Assembly (NCBI GenBank): GCA_965200025.1
Contig: OZ241325.1
Coordinates: 844,674 to 908,673, forward strand
Origin: Bdellovibrionales bacterium
GTDB lineage: Bacteria; Bdellovibrionota; Bdellovibrionia; Bdellovibrionales; UBA1609
Direction: 5' to 3'
Length of the DNA: 64,000 nucleotides
In this document: one piece after another, positions 9,402 through 17,432 of the stretch
Layout: every line of letters begins with the position of its first letter
Position numbering within the stretch: position 1 is the first letter of the stretch
Position numbers and translations under genes: made by a program
The notes under the pieces: model-generated
Told to the model about the DNA's origin: nothing
Seen by the model: only the letters and a program-made list of their open reading frames with translations
Databases searched by the model: none

Positions 9402-11500
9402 GCCCTTTTCTCCTTTTTGGCATACTCTTCAATCAGCTCCTCCTGTATGTTTCGGGGAACCTGGGCATAGCGGGCAAACTCCATCGTAAACTCCCCTTTT
9501 CCCTGAGTGGCAGAGCGAATCTCCGTGGAATACTCAAACATTTCAGACAAGGGCACTTCTGCCTCAATGGTGACAAATTTACTTTCCGTGTGCGTGTTTT
9601 TAATAATTCCCCTTCTTTGGTTAATCTGCCCTATAACATTCCCCTGAAACTCCTCCGGTGAGGACACCTCAAGCTTCATCACAGGTTCCAAAATTACAGG
9701 ACCGGCTTTGGAAAAATACTCCCGAAAAGCCGTTTGGGCACAAATCTTAAAAGCCAGCTCTGAAGAATCCACATCGTGAAAAGCCCCGTCCATCAAAACC
9801 GCCTGCACCCCAAGAATGGGAAAACCAATCAGGGGGCCTTTTTTCATCTGTTCCTGAAAACCCTTGTCCACTGCCGGTATGTATTCTTTGGGAATCCTCC
9901 CTCCGGTGATTTTATTCATAAACTCATAATGCTTTTCCCCCTCCACAGGCAGGGGACTGAAAGTTCCCACCACCTTGGCAAATTGCCCGGCACCCCCGGT
10001 TTGTTTTTTGTGAGTGTAATCAAACTCCACCTCACGGGTCAGGGTTTCGCGGTAAGCCACCTGAGGTTTGCCCGCCTGAATTTCACACTTAAACTCTCTT
10101 CTCATCCGTTCAATGTAAATATTAAGGTGAAGCTCACCCATGCCAGAGATAACAGTTTGTGCCGATTCCTCATCCCTGTGGACACGAAAAGTGGGGTCTT
10201 CCCTCGTAAACTTATGAAGAGCTTTGCTGAAGTTGGCCGTTCCACTTCTTTCTTTCGGGGCTATGGCCAAAGATATCACCGGATCGGGAACAAACATGGA
10301 TGTCATGGTGTATTCTATGTCCGAAGAACAAAAAGTGTCCCCGGAAGCACACTCCACACCAAAAAAAGCAACAATATCCCCCCCATAAGCCTCTTCAATA
10401 TCCTCCATCTCATCAGAGTGCATATAAACAATACGGGGGATTTTTACTTTCGCCCCTGTACGCACATTAAAAATAAAATCCCCTTTTTTTACCCTCCCCT
10501 GGTAAAGACGCATATAGGTGAGTTGTCCAAACCGGCCATCCTCCAGTTTGAAAGCCAAAGCCACAAAAGGTTTTTCAGGGTCGGGGGACAACACCACCTC
10601 CTCTTCGTTTTTCCTTTGATTTAAAGCTTTGTTACTCACCTCGCCCGGGTGAGGAAGGTAGCGTAACACAGCATCCAAAACGGGCTGTACCCCTTTGTTC
10701 TTAAAGGCCGAACCCATAAAAACCGGTGTAGCCTTCAGGGAAAGACAGGCTTTTCTGGTGGCCTGGTGTATTTCCTCTTCTGTGGGGTTTTTCTCATTCA
10801 AAAACTTTTCTGCCAAAATGTCGTCAAAATCCGAAAGAGCCTCAATCATCTTCAGGCGATACTCTTCAGCCTGGCTTTTTAACTCTTCAGGAATGTCTTT
10901 TTGCACCGGGGTTTCGCCGTCTGCACCTTCAAAATAAACAGCCTTCATGGTGATAAGATCCACCACCCCCTCATGGGCATTTTCCAAGCCAATGGGAATT
11001 TGCATTAAAATGGGATTGTGAGCCAGTTTGTCTTTTAACATCTCAGCCACCCGGAAGGGATTGGCCCCCGCCCGGTCCAGTTTGTTAATAAAGGCAATAC
11101 GGGGAACCTGATACCTCCGCATCTGCCGGTCCACAGTGATGGACTGGGACTGAACACCTGCCACCCCGCAAAGAACCAAAATCGCCCCATCCAGCACCCG
11201 AAGGGAACGCTCCACCTCAATGGTGAAGTCGACATGCCCCGGGGTATCGATAATGTTGATATCGTGGCCTGACCACCTGACATTGGTGGCAGCGGATTTA
11301 ATGGTAATGCCCCGTTCTTTTTCCAGATCCATGGAGTCCATTTTGGCGCCCACGCCGTCTTTGCCCCGCACATCGTGAATGGCGTGTATACGCCCGGTGT
11401 AAAAAAGCACCCGCTCTGTCAGCGTGGTCTTGCCCGAATCAATATGGGCGGAAATGCCGATGTTTCTTACTTTTTCAATATTCCATTTTTTTGCACTCAT
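9398..11500 (-). CDS. fusA: elongation factor G (paralog outside the str operon)
   Basis: 700 aa with [17 protein letters not shown] and NKLDR GTPase motifs and full EF-G domain length. Confidence 0.9.
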   Translation of the reverse strand: MSAKKWNIEKVRNIGISAHIDSGKTTLTERVLFYTGRIHAIHDVRGKDGVGAKMDSMDLEKERGITIKSAATNVRWSGHDINIIDTPGHVDFTIEVERSLRVLDGAILVLCGVAGVQSQSITVDRQMRRYQVPRIAFINKLDRAGANPFRVAEMLKDKLAHNPILMQIPIGLENAHEGVVDLITMKAVYFEGADGETPVQKDIPEELKSQAEEYRLKMIEALSDFDDILAEKFLNEKNPTEEEIHQATRKACLSLKATPVFMGSAFKNKGVQPVLDAVLRYLPHPGEVSNKALNQRKNEEEVVLSPDPEKPFVALAFKLEDGRFGQLTYMRLYQGRVKKGDFIFNVRTGAKVKIPRIVYMHSDEMEDIEEAYGGDIVAFFGVECASGDTFCSSDIEYTMTSMFVPDPVISLAIAPKERSGTANFSKALHKFTREDPTFRVHRDEESAQTVISGMGELHLNIYIERMRREFKCEIQAGKPQVAYRETLTREVEFDYTHKKQTGGAGQFAKVVGTFSPLPVEGEKHYEFMNKITGGRIPKEYIPAVDKGFQEQMKKGPLIGFPILGVQAVLMDGAFHDVDSSELAFKICAQTAFREYFSKAGPVILEPVMKLEVSSPEEFQGNVIGQINQRRGIIKNTHTESKFVTIEAEVPLSEMFEYSTEIRSATQGKGEFTMEFARYAQVPRNIQEELIEEYAKKEKRA

Positions 11501-11673
11501 TGTGAGAGAACCTCTTGTTTAAAGTTATACAGTTTTGGTGGGTGGGTTTTTAACTTTTAGTATCACACACTCCTCAGAAGGCAAGGTTTTACCCGGCTTT
11601 TTCAGGTTAAGCCTCACAGCCACTTTACAAAACAAAGCCCGTGGGAGTCAAATTTTTTCTTCCCCTGCCCTTG

Positions 11674-12804
11674 TCACAGGCGGGCCAGGTAAGGGGCGGC
11701 TTTTCTGATCTCCACCCCGTCGGGAAAAGTTTTTTCCCTTCTTAGGGAACGAACCAGCTGCACCTTCTGAATACTGGGAAAAGACCTCGAAAACAACCTC
11801 AAATTGCTTGACACTTCACTTTCAGACCACTTCACCTCTATCATGGCCGAAGGGGTTTGATTCTTAACTATTAAAAAATCCACCTCTTTCTTTTCCCTGT
11901 TCCTCAGGTAAAATAATTTGGCATCCTCCCCCTTAACATCTTCAAGAAAATGCACATGTTTTAACAAAGCCTGGGCCACCAGGTTTTCAAATCGTGCCGG
12001 CATACCCTGCACCTGTGCCGTATCATAAAAGTAGTACTTCGGAGCCTTTACCAAAGAACGGGCTATGTTTCTGTGCCATGGTGTGAGTTTAAAAATAATA
12101 TACAAATTCTCCAAAAGCCCAAGCCAATGTTTCACTGTTTTGGGGGCAACACTTAAATCCTCTGCCAAAGCTGTATAAGATACAGGAGAGGCCACACGAT
12201 TTTTTAATAACATCACCAAAGTCTCCAAAGAGGAAAGCTGCTTGGTGTCTATAAAATAAATCAAATCCTGCCGAAGAATAATATGGTTGTGGGATCTGGC
12301 CCACTTTCCGTAAAATGAGGGATTTGCCCTTAAAAAAGGCTCTGGAAAACCACCAAAATGGAGCAGACGATCCAAAGCCCCCTCTGCGTCCAGCAAGCCA
12401 TGTCTGACAATCTCTTTCACATCAAAAGGATGAAGACGAAACTGAAAAAACCGGCCAGCCAGAGAGTCGCCAATTTTTTTACGCAAATCCAGGCGGGCCG
12501 AACCCGTTACCACCATCCCGGGACACAAACCTTCCGTATCGTAAATCCCCTTTAACCATTTTTTCCAGTTTGGTTTTTTGTGTATTTCATCAAATATAAT
12601 GTATTTCTTTCTTCTGTCCCAAGCTTTGCCTCTCATCACCTGCTGATGTTCTTCATTGTCGTAATTCAGATAGTCATACCCGGAAAAAAGACTCTTCGCC
12701 AAAGTGGTTTTTCCACACTGGCGGGGACCTGTGAGCAAAAGGATTTTGTGTTTTAAATCCTGACGCAAAACACTTGTTAAGTACCGCTTAAGAACAGGTT
12801 TCAT
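11674..12804 (-). CDS. AAA+ ATPase with DUF4143-type C-terminal PD-(D/E)XK-like domain, paralog 2
   Basis: GPRQCGKT Walker A. The C-terminus is EVDFLIVKNQTPSAMIEVKWS. Confidence 0.85.
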   Translation of the reverse strand: MKPVLKRYLTSVLRQDLKHKILLLTGPRQCGKTTLAKSLFSGYDYLNYDNEEHQQVMRGKAWDRRKKYIIFDEIHKKPNWKKWLKGIYDTEGLCPGMVVTGSARLDLRKKIGDSLAGRFFQFRLHPFDVKEIVRHGLLDAEGALDRLLHFGGFPEPFLRANPSFYGKWARSHNHIILRQDLIYFIDTKQLSSLETLVMLLKNRVASPVSYTALAEDLSVAPKTVKHWLGLLENLYIIFKLTPWHRNIARSLVKAPKYYFYDTAQVQGMPARFENLVAQALLKHVHFLEDVKGEDAKLFYLRNREKKEVDFLIVKNQTPSAMIEVKWSESEVSSNLRLFSRSFPSIQKVQLVRSLRREKTFPDGVEIRKAAPYLARL

Positions 12805-12812
12805 TACTTGGG

Positions 12813-12841
12813 AGTTTAAGAAAAAACAGAGAACATGTCAA
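12813..12841 (-). promoter_or_regulatory. TTGACA-N17-TAAACT promoter placing the ATG of ATPase paralog 2 about 8 nt after the -10 (leaderless candidate)
   Basis: Minus strand reads TTGACAtgttctctgttttttctTAAACTcccaagtaATG. No SD is possible. Confidence 0.5.
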
Positions 12842-12965
12842 TAGACAAAAAAGACTTGCAGGTCTGAAAAGTCACGACTAAACAGACTTTCAGGTCCTTT
12901 TAGTCATACTTTCTTAATGAAAATGCCTTAAATCCAAAAACAAGCCTCTTAAGGCACCTTAAACC

Positions 12966-13452
12966 CTAGGGAGCGGAAGACGGGCAGGAACCACAACCGG
13001 CCTTATCACAGGCTTTCCCCCCACCATAACAGGTGAAGGACTTGGCCGGGCAATTAGAGCGGGAACATCTTTCACCCCCACAAGGGCAAGACACTTTGTC
13101 TTTACAATCAGGCTGTGTCCCACACTTCCCCAAAGAGGTACAAGTGGGACAGAGTGAATGAGAGCAGGCTTCTGTCCCCCCGTAACAAGATACCTTGGCC
13201 GGGCAAGTTTGATTTGTGCATATATCGGGACCACAATCACAAGACTTCTTTTCACAAGGGCATGGTATTTCCCTGAATACACAGTGAGAGTTCCCTGTGA
13301 CTTCACAACAGGTACTTAAAAGTGCACCCGGGCCATAACCCTGTTTACCACTGTAACAACATAGAGAAGGACCGCCATAAATAGCCAGAGCTTCAAAGCT
13401 TAAACTGAAAGTGAAAAATAAAAGAAGTGAGAGGGCAATTCCCCCCCCCCAT
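12966..13452 (-). pseudogene. Cys-rich secreted protein, out of frame at an ATG-proximal G10 tract (phase-variable candidate); absent from the ORF track
   Basis: The minus strand reads AGGA-A8-ATG then the G tract. A stop-free frame of about 158 codons follows the tract and has no ATG/GTG/TTG of its own. It encodes signal peptide IALSLLLLFFTFSLSFEALA plus about 130 residues with about 25 Cys and an internal repeat (CPAKVSCYGGTEAC / CPAKSFTCYGGGKAC). The frame is restored by one fewer G. Confidence 0.65.
13441..13450 (-). repeat. homopolymer C10 (G10 on the coding strand), including the G of the ATG
   Basis: Counted directly in the sequence. Confidence 0.95.
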
Positions 13453-13660
13453 TTTTTTTCCTGGAAACCTAAAAAACAAAGCCTTCATACTTCCCCGTAT
13501 CGGCAGAACCAAAAAAAACTTTAATTCCAGCCACCAGGGGGATTTTGGGATGTTTCAGAGTGAGACACTTTTGGGTAAAACTGCCTAGCTGCTGGTGTGG
13601 CCGGGCAATTATTCCCCGCCCCGGCCAAAGACCCCCAGGATAAGGGTATAAAAATGGAGT

Positions 13661-13903
13661 TTATCTTATAAAACGAATCTTGGTATGTGGAAGTTTTTTT
13701 CTTATGCGGTCTTTGTCCTTTTTTGACAAAGAATGGTCTATATTAAGCCACTTAAGAGAACGAGTGAGTCCTGAAAATACCCCGGCAGGCAAAGCACTTA
13801 AATGGTTATGATTCAAGTCAATCCACCTAAGAGAACCAAGTCCTGAAAAGTCCTCCACTGTCAGCGATTCAATACCCTTATTGTCTATAATTAAAAACTC
13901 CAA
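13661..13903 (-). CDS. short leucine-rich-repeat protein or LRR gene fragment
   Basis: LRR pattern LGSLRWIDLNHNHLSALPAGVFSGL. Only a TTG start is available, directly after an in-frame stop. Confidence 0.35.
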   Translation of the reverse strand: MEFLIIDNKGIESLTVEDFSGLGSLRWIDLNHNHLSALPAGVFSGLTRSLKWLNIDHSLSKKDKDRIRKKLPHTKIRFIR

Positions 13904-13926
13904 AGAAAAGCCTTTTTTCAGGGATT

Positions 13927-13960
13927 ATGAGTGTTATCAGTGTCAGCAGATAACACTCAT
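13927..13960. promoter_or_regulatory. perfect 12-bp inverted repeat ATGAGTGTTATC-N10-GATAACACTCAT just upstream of the ATPase-3 promoter
   Basis: Seen directly. It lies between the divergent LRR and ATPase genes and is operator-like. Confidence 0.5.
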
Positions 13961-13978
13961 GAGTTTTATCCACAAAAC

Positions 13979-14007
13979 TTGACATTACTCATGCCATGGA
14001 TTACACT
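13979..14007 (+). promoter_or_regulatory. TTGACA-N17-TACACT promoter for ATPase paralog 3
   Basis: Hexamers and spacing read directly. The ATG lies 29 nt downstream. Confidence 0.5.
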
Positions 14008-14036
14008 CCACTTGCCATAAAGGCTCAAGGAAAGTT

Positions 14037-15170
14037 ATGCACAAAAGGTATTTATTTTCTGATATTAAAAAAGACCTAAAAACCAAAATGGTTTTTGTGG
14101 GAGGGGCCAGGCAGGTGGGAAAAACCACTTTGGCTTTAAGGTATTTAAAACCTCCCCACAGAAAGCACCCCGCTTATTTTAACTGGGACATTCCCTCTCA
14201 TCAGGAGCAAATTATAAAAAATCAAATCCCTTTAAAAAATAACACCCTTGTGTTTGATGAAATACACAAATACATTCGGTGGAGGGGTTTTATGAAGGGT
14301 CTGTATGATGCTTACCGGGACAGTCATTCTTTTTTGGTCACAGGCTCTGCCCGACTGGATTTTTTTTCCAGGGGGGGAGATTCTCTTTTAGGCCGTTATC
14401 ATTACTACCGGCTTCACCCTTTTTCTTTGTTGGAGATCAACAAAAACCCCTCATCTGAAGACCTTTCAACCCTTTTGAAGTTTGGTGGGTTTCCTGAACC
14501 TTTTTTAAGAGGCTCCCACACTTTTTCAAAAAGGTGGAGGAGGGAAAGAAGACACCGTATTATACATGAAGATTTAAGAGACTTAAGTCAGGTGAGAGAG
14601 ATTTCCCTTATATCCCTGTTGGTGGAGGGGCTTTTAAACCGGGTGGCATCTCCTCTTTCCATCCGGTCTTTAAAGGAGGATTTACAGGTCTCGCACCAGT
14701 CTGTGGAAACCTGGATCACCATTTTAGAAAACTTATATATGGTTTTCAGAATACCCCCCTTCGGCAGTCCCAGAATACGGGCTGTTAAAAAAGAACAAAA
14801 ACTTTATTTTTATGACTGGTCTGCTCTTGGGAATCCCGGGATTCAATTTGAAAACCTGGTGGCCTGCCACCTGCTAAAGTACTGCCATTACATGGAGGAT
14901 ACAAAAGGAGAGGATATGGAACTCAGGTTTTTAAGAGACACAGACAAAAGAGAGGTGGATTTTGTGGTTCTCAAAAATCAAAAACCCCTGTTTGCTGTGG
15001 AGTGCAAGACCGGACAAAAAACTTTATCCCCCCATATCACCTACTTTAAAGAAAGAAGCCGGATCCCTTTGTGGTTTCAGGTACATAAAGAAACCAAAGA
15101 CTACGGGTCAGAAAAATCAGGACGGGTTTTACCCTTCACCACTTTCTCAAAAGAATACTTAAAAATTTAA
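14037..15170 (+). CDS. AAA+ ATPase with DUF4143-type C-terminal PD-(D/E)XK-like domain, paralog 3
   Basis: GARQVGKT Walker A. The C-terminus is EVDFVVLKNQKPLFAVECKTG. Confidence 0.85.
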   Translation: MHKRYLFSDIKKDLKTKMVFVGGARQVGKTTLALRYLKPPHRKHPAYFNWDIPSHQEQIIKNQIPLKNNTLVFDEIHKYIRWRGFMKGLYDAYRDSHSFLVTGSARLDFFSRGGDSLLGRYHYYRLHPFSLLEINKNPSSEDLSTLLKFGGFPEPFLRGSHTFSKRWRRERRHRIIHEDLRDLSQVREISLISLLVEGLLNRVASPLSIRSLKEDLQVSHQSVETWITILENLYMVFRIPPFGSPRIRAVKKEQKLYFYDWSALGNPGIQFENLVACHLLKYCHYMEDTKGEDMELRFLRDTDKREVDFVVLKNQKPLFAVECKTGQKTLSPHITYFKERSRIPLWFQVHKETKDYGSEKSGRVLPFTTFSKEYLKI

Positions 15171-15295
15171 CCTTTAGCCTTTATTATTCGATTTTTAACT
15201 GATGAGGGAATCAATAAATCGGATTCCAAAATAAATATCTGAAAGTATTTTTCCAATAATCTTAGAAATAATGACAGGTTTGAACACATTAACAG

Positions 15296-16708
15296 TCAGG
15301 CGGTGGTTTTTTGGTGTTGAAGCAAAAGACTTACCCGGTTTAAAAGCACCTCTTTGGGTATCAAAGGTACCACCTGCTTGAGCTCTGCCCCGCTGGGTTG
15401 GGCCAAAACAGCACACCGGATGGGCATGAACAAAAACTTTCCCTTAGCCCCTGTTTGCTCTTTAATCTTTTTCACCACAGAGAGAAAAAACCCATCATCC
15501 AGCCACCTCCCCTTAGAAGAGGTCTGCAAACAAGACTCCCAGGCTTTAAGCACTTTAACACTTAAAGGCCAGTGCAAAACCTCTTTCACACTGTCCTTTA
15601 TCACAAATTGATTTTGAGCCAAAAGACTTAAAAGAGGCTCAGCCTCCAAAAAAGTGGAAAAAGACTCCCTTATTAAAAACAAAACCCGCTTTTTCCACTC
15701 TCTTTCAGAGGGCAACTGCCAATTTCTGTCGGAAAAAAATGCTGTGAGTTTTTCCCACAGATCCTCCTCATCCAGACGAAGAAGATGCTGGCGATTGATC
15801 CACCTTAATTTTTGCTCATCAAACACAGCGGCTGCCGCATTTAAACCCTTAAGGGAAAACACCCCCTCCAGCTCTTTGAGAGTAAAGACCTCCTGTGTGG
15901 TCTTCGGATTAAAACCCTGAAGAGCCAAAAAATTAAGCAAAGCCTCCGGCAAATATCCTTTTTTTAAATACTCTCCTGCACTTAAAGCTCCTGTACGCTT
16001 GCTTAATTTTTGACGATCCTGCCCCAAAATAAGAGAGAGATGCCCAAAAACCGGAGGTTTGAGATTCAAAGCCTCATAAATCATCAGCTGCCTGAGAGTG
16101 TTGGGTAAATGCTCCTCTGATCTCAACACATGAGAGATACCCATGAGGTGATCATCCACAGCACAGCAAAAATTATACACCGGAAGACCTGAAGATCGAA
16201 TGAGAACAAAATCCCCCACCATATCCGAAGGTAAAGAGATTTTTCCCCGCACCTGATCTTCAAATGTGTGGATTTTTTTATGGGAAAAATTTTTAAACCG
16301 AAGCACTGGTTTTGTACCTGCCTGAGGGGGCGGCTGGTTTTTTTCACCTTTCACCGAAGGAGGGGAATCGTCGTAATAAGCCCTTCCCTTTTGAACCAGT
16401 TTTTCACCATATTCTTTATAGATGGCCAGCCGCTGACTTTGCCGGTAAGGGGCAAAAGGACCCTCACTCTTTAAAGTGTGGGGGTTTAAACCCTCTTTCC
16501 AATGAAAGCCCATGTGTTTTAAATCCTGAAGCTGCTCCCTAATGTAAATGTCCTGGCTTCGGGTTAAATCCGTATCCTCCACCCGTATAATCATGCAGCC
16601 TTTTTGATTTTGAGCAAACAGGTGGTTGATAAGAGCCGTTCTCAGGCTCCCCACATGCAAACTCCCCGTGGGGGAAGGAGCAAAACGAACCCGCACCCCT
16701 GACATCAC
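15296..16708 (-). CDS. gltX: glutamyl-tRNA synthetase
   Basis: RFAPSPTGSLHVGSLRTAL (HIGH region) and KLSKR (KMSKS). Confidence 0.9.
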   Translation of the reverse strand: MMSGVRVRFAPSPTGSLHVGSLRTALINHLFAQNQKGCMIIRVEDTDLTRSQDIYIREQLQDLKHMGFHWKEGLNPHTLKSEGPFAPYRQSQRLAIYKEYGEKLVQKGRAYYDDSPPSVKGEKNQPPPQAGTKPVLRFKNFSHKKIHTFEDQVRGKISLPSDMVGDFVLIRSSGLPVYNFCCAVDDHLMGISHVLRSEEHLPNTLRQLMIYEALNLKPPVFGHLSLILGQDRQKLSKRTGALSAGEYLKKGYLPEALLNFLALQGFNPKTTQEVFTLKELEGVFSLKGLNAAAAVFDEQKLRWINRQHLLRLDEEDLWEKLTAFFSDRNWQLPSEREWKKRVLFLIRESFSTFLEAEPLLSLLAQNQFVIKDSVKEVLHWPLSVKVLKAWESCLQTSSKGRWLDDGFFLSVVKKIKEQTGAKGKFLFMPIRCAVLAQPSGAELKQVVPLIPKEVLLNRVSLLLQHQKTTA

Positions 16709-16767
16709 ACCCTTAACCCCTTAAGCCAAAAAAAAAATGGAACTTAAATCTATTGCCTTCACAAATA

Positions 16768-17280
16768 TCAGTGCTTCAGCTGAGCCAAAAGACTAAAAAA
16801 ATCAATGGCTTTTTTTAGTTCTTCTTTTTCCACCACCATTGAGATTTCATCAAACAGCATTTGACATATTGTGAGCATCATTTGTCTTTCATAAAAACTT
16901 AAGCCCTTGGATTTTTCTGTATTTAACAGCTCTCTTAAAATACGGGCTGTGTGAAACACATTACCGGTTTTGATAATCCTTAAATACTCCTGGTGCCGTT
17001 TACTCCAGTTTTTTCCAGGCTCCACAAGGCTCCCTTTACAGTTATGATCTTTTAAAACCTCCAGCACCTGCTCGGCCTCTTTACGGGTGATCACAGAGCG
17101 GATGCCTATTTTTTTCATCCGGTTTTCAGGTATCATCACCTTCATTTCAGAATTCATAATAAAAAGAGAGTAAAATTTTTGCCTCTGACCGGATATCTCT
17201 TTGGTTTCTATGGAAGTGATTTTCCCCAGGCCATGCCCTGGATAAACAGCCTTATCACCCACTTTAAAGTCCATAGCCAA
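16768..17280 (-). CDS. carD: CarD/CdnL-family RNA-polymerase-binding regulator
   Basis: N-terminal FKVGDKAVYPGHGLGKI Tudor-like motif. 170 aa. Confidence 0.85.
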   Translation of the reverse strand: MAMDFKVGDKAVYPGHGLGKITSIETKEISGQRQKFYSLFIMNSEMKVMIPENRMKKIGIRSVITRKEAEQVLEVLKDHNCKGSLVEPGKNWSKRHQEYLRIIKTGNVFHTARILRELLNTEKSKGLSFYERQMMLTICQMLFDEISMVVEKEELKKAIDFFSLLAQLKH

Positions 17281-17432
17281 ATCCCTCCCCTTTCAGAAAA
17301 TTTCTTTATCATTGTGCTCAAAATGCCTGCCAAGGTCCGACTTGTAACAAAAAAAGCCACAGGTATCAAGAAAAATTTTCTGAAGAATAAAAAAAACCAA
17401 AAAATACACGGGCTTTTTTTAAAATTTGACTT

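Noticed and set aside
9776-10624. 282-aa plus-strand ORF (and other ORFs of 60-110 aa) antisense to fusA
   Set aside because: The opposite strand encodes a full-length, motif-perfect EF-G. The antisense ORF is low-complexity with no RBS or recognisable family. This is the typical shadow ORF of a long conserved gene.
12959-13306. 115-aa minus-strand track ORF (MKSQGTLTVYSGKYH...)
   Set aside because: It is an alternative frame of the Cys-rich gene. The neighbouring frame is open about 160 codons, has a signal peptide and regular Cys spacing, and connects to an RBS and ATG through the G tract.
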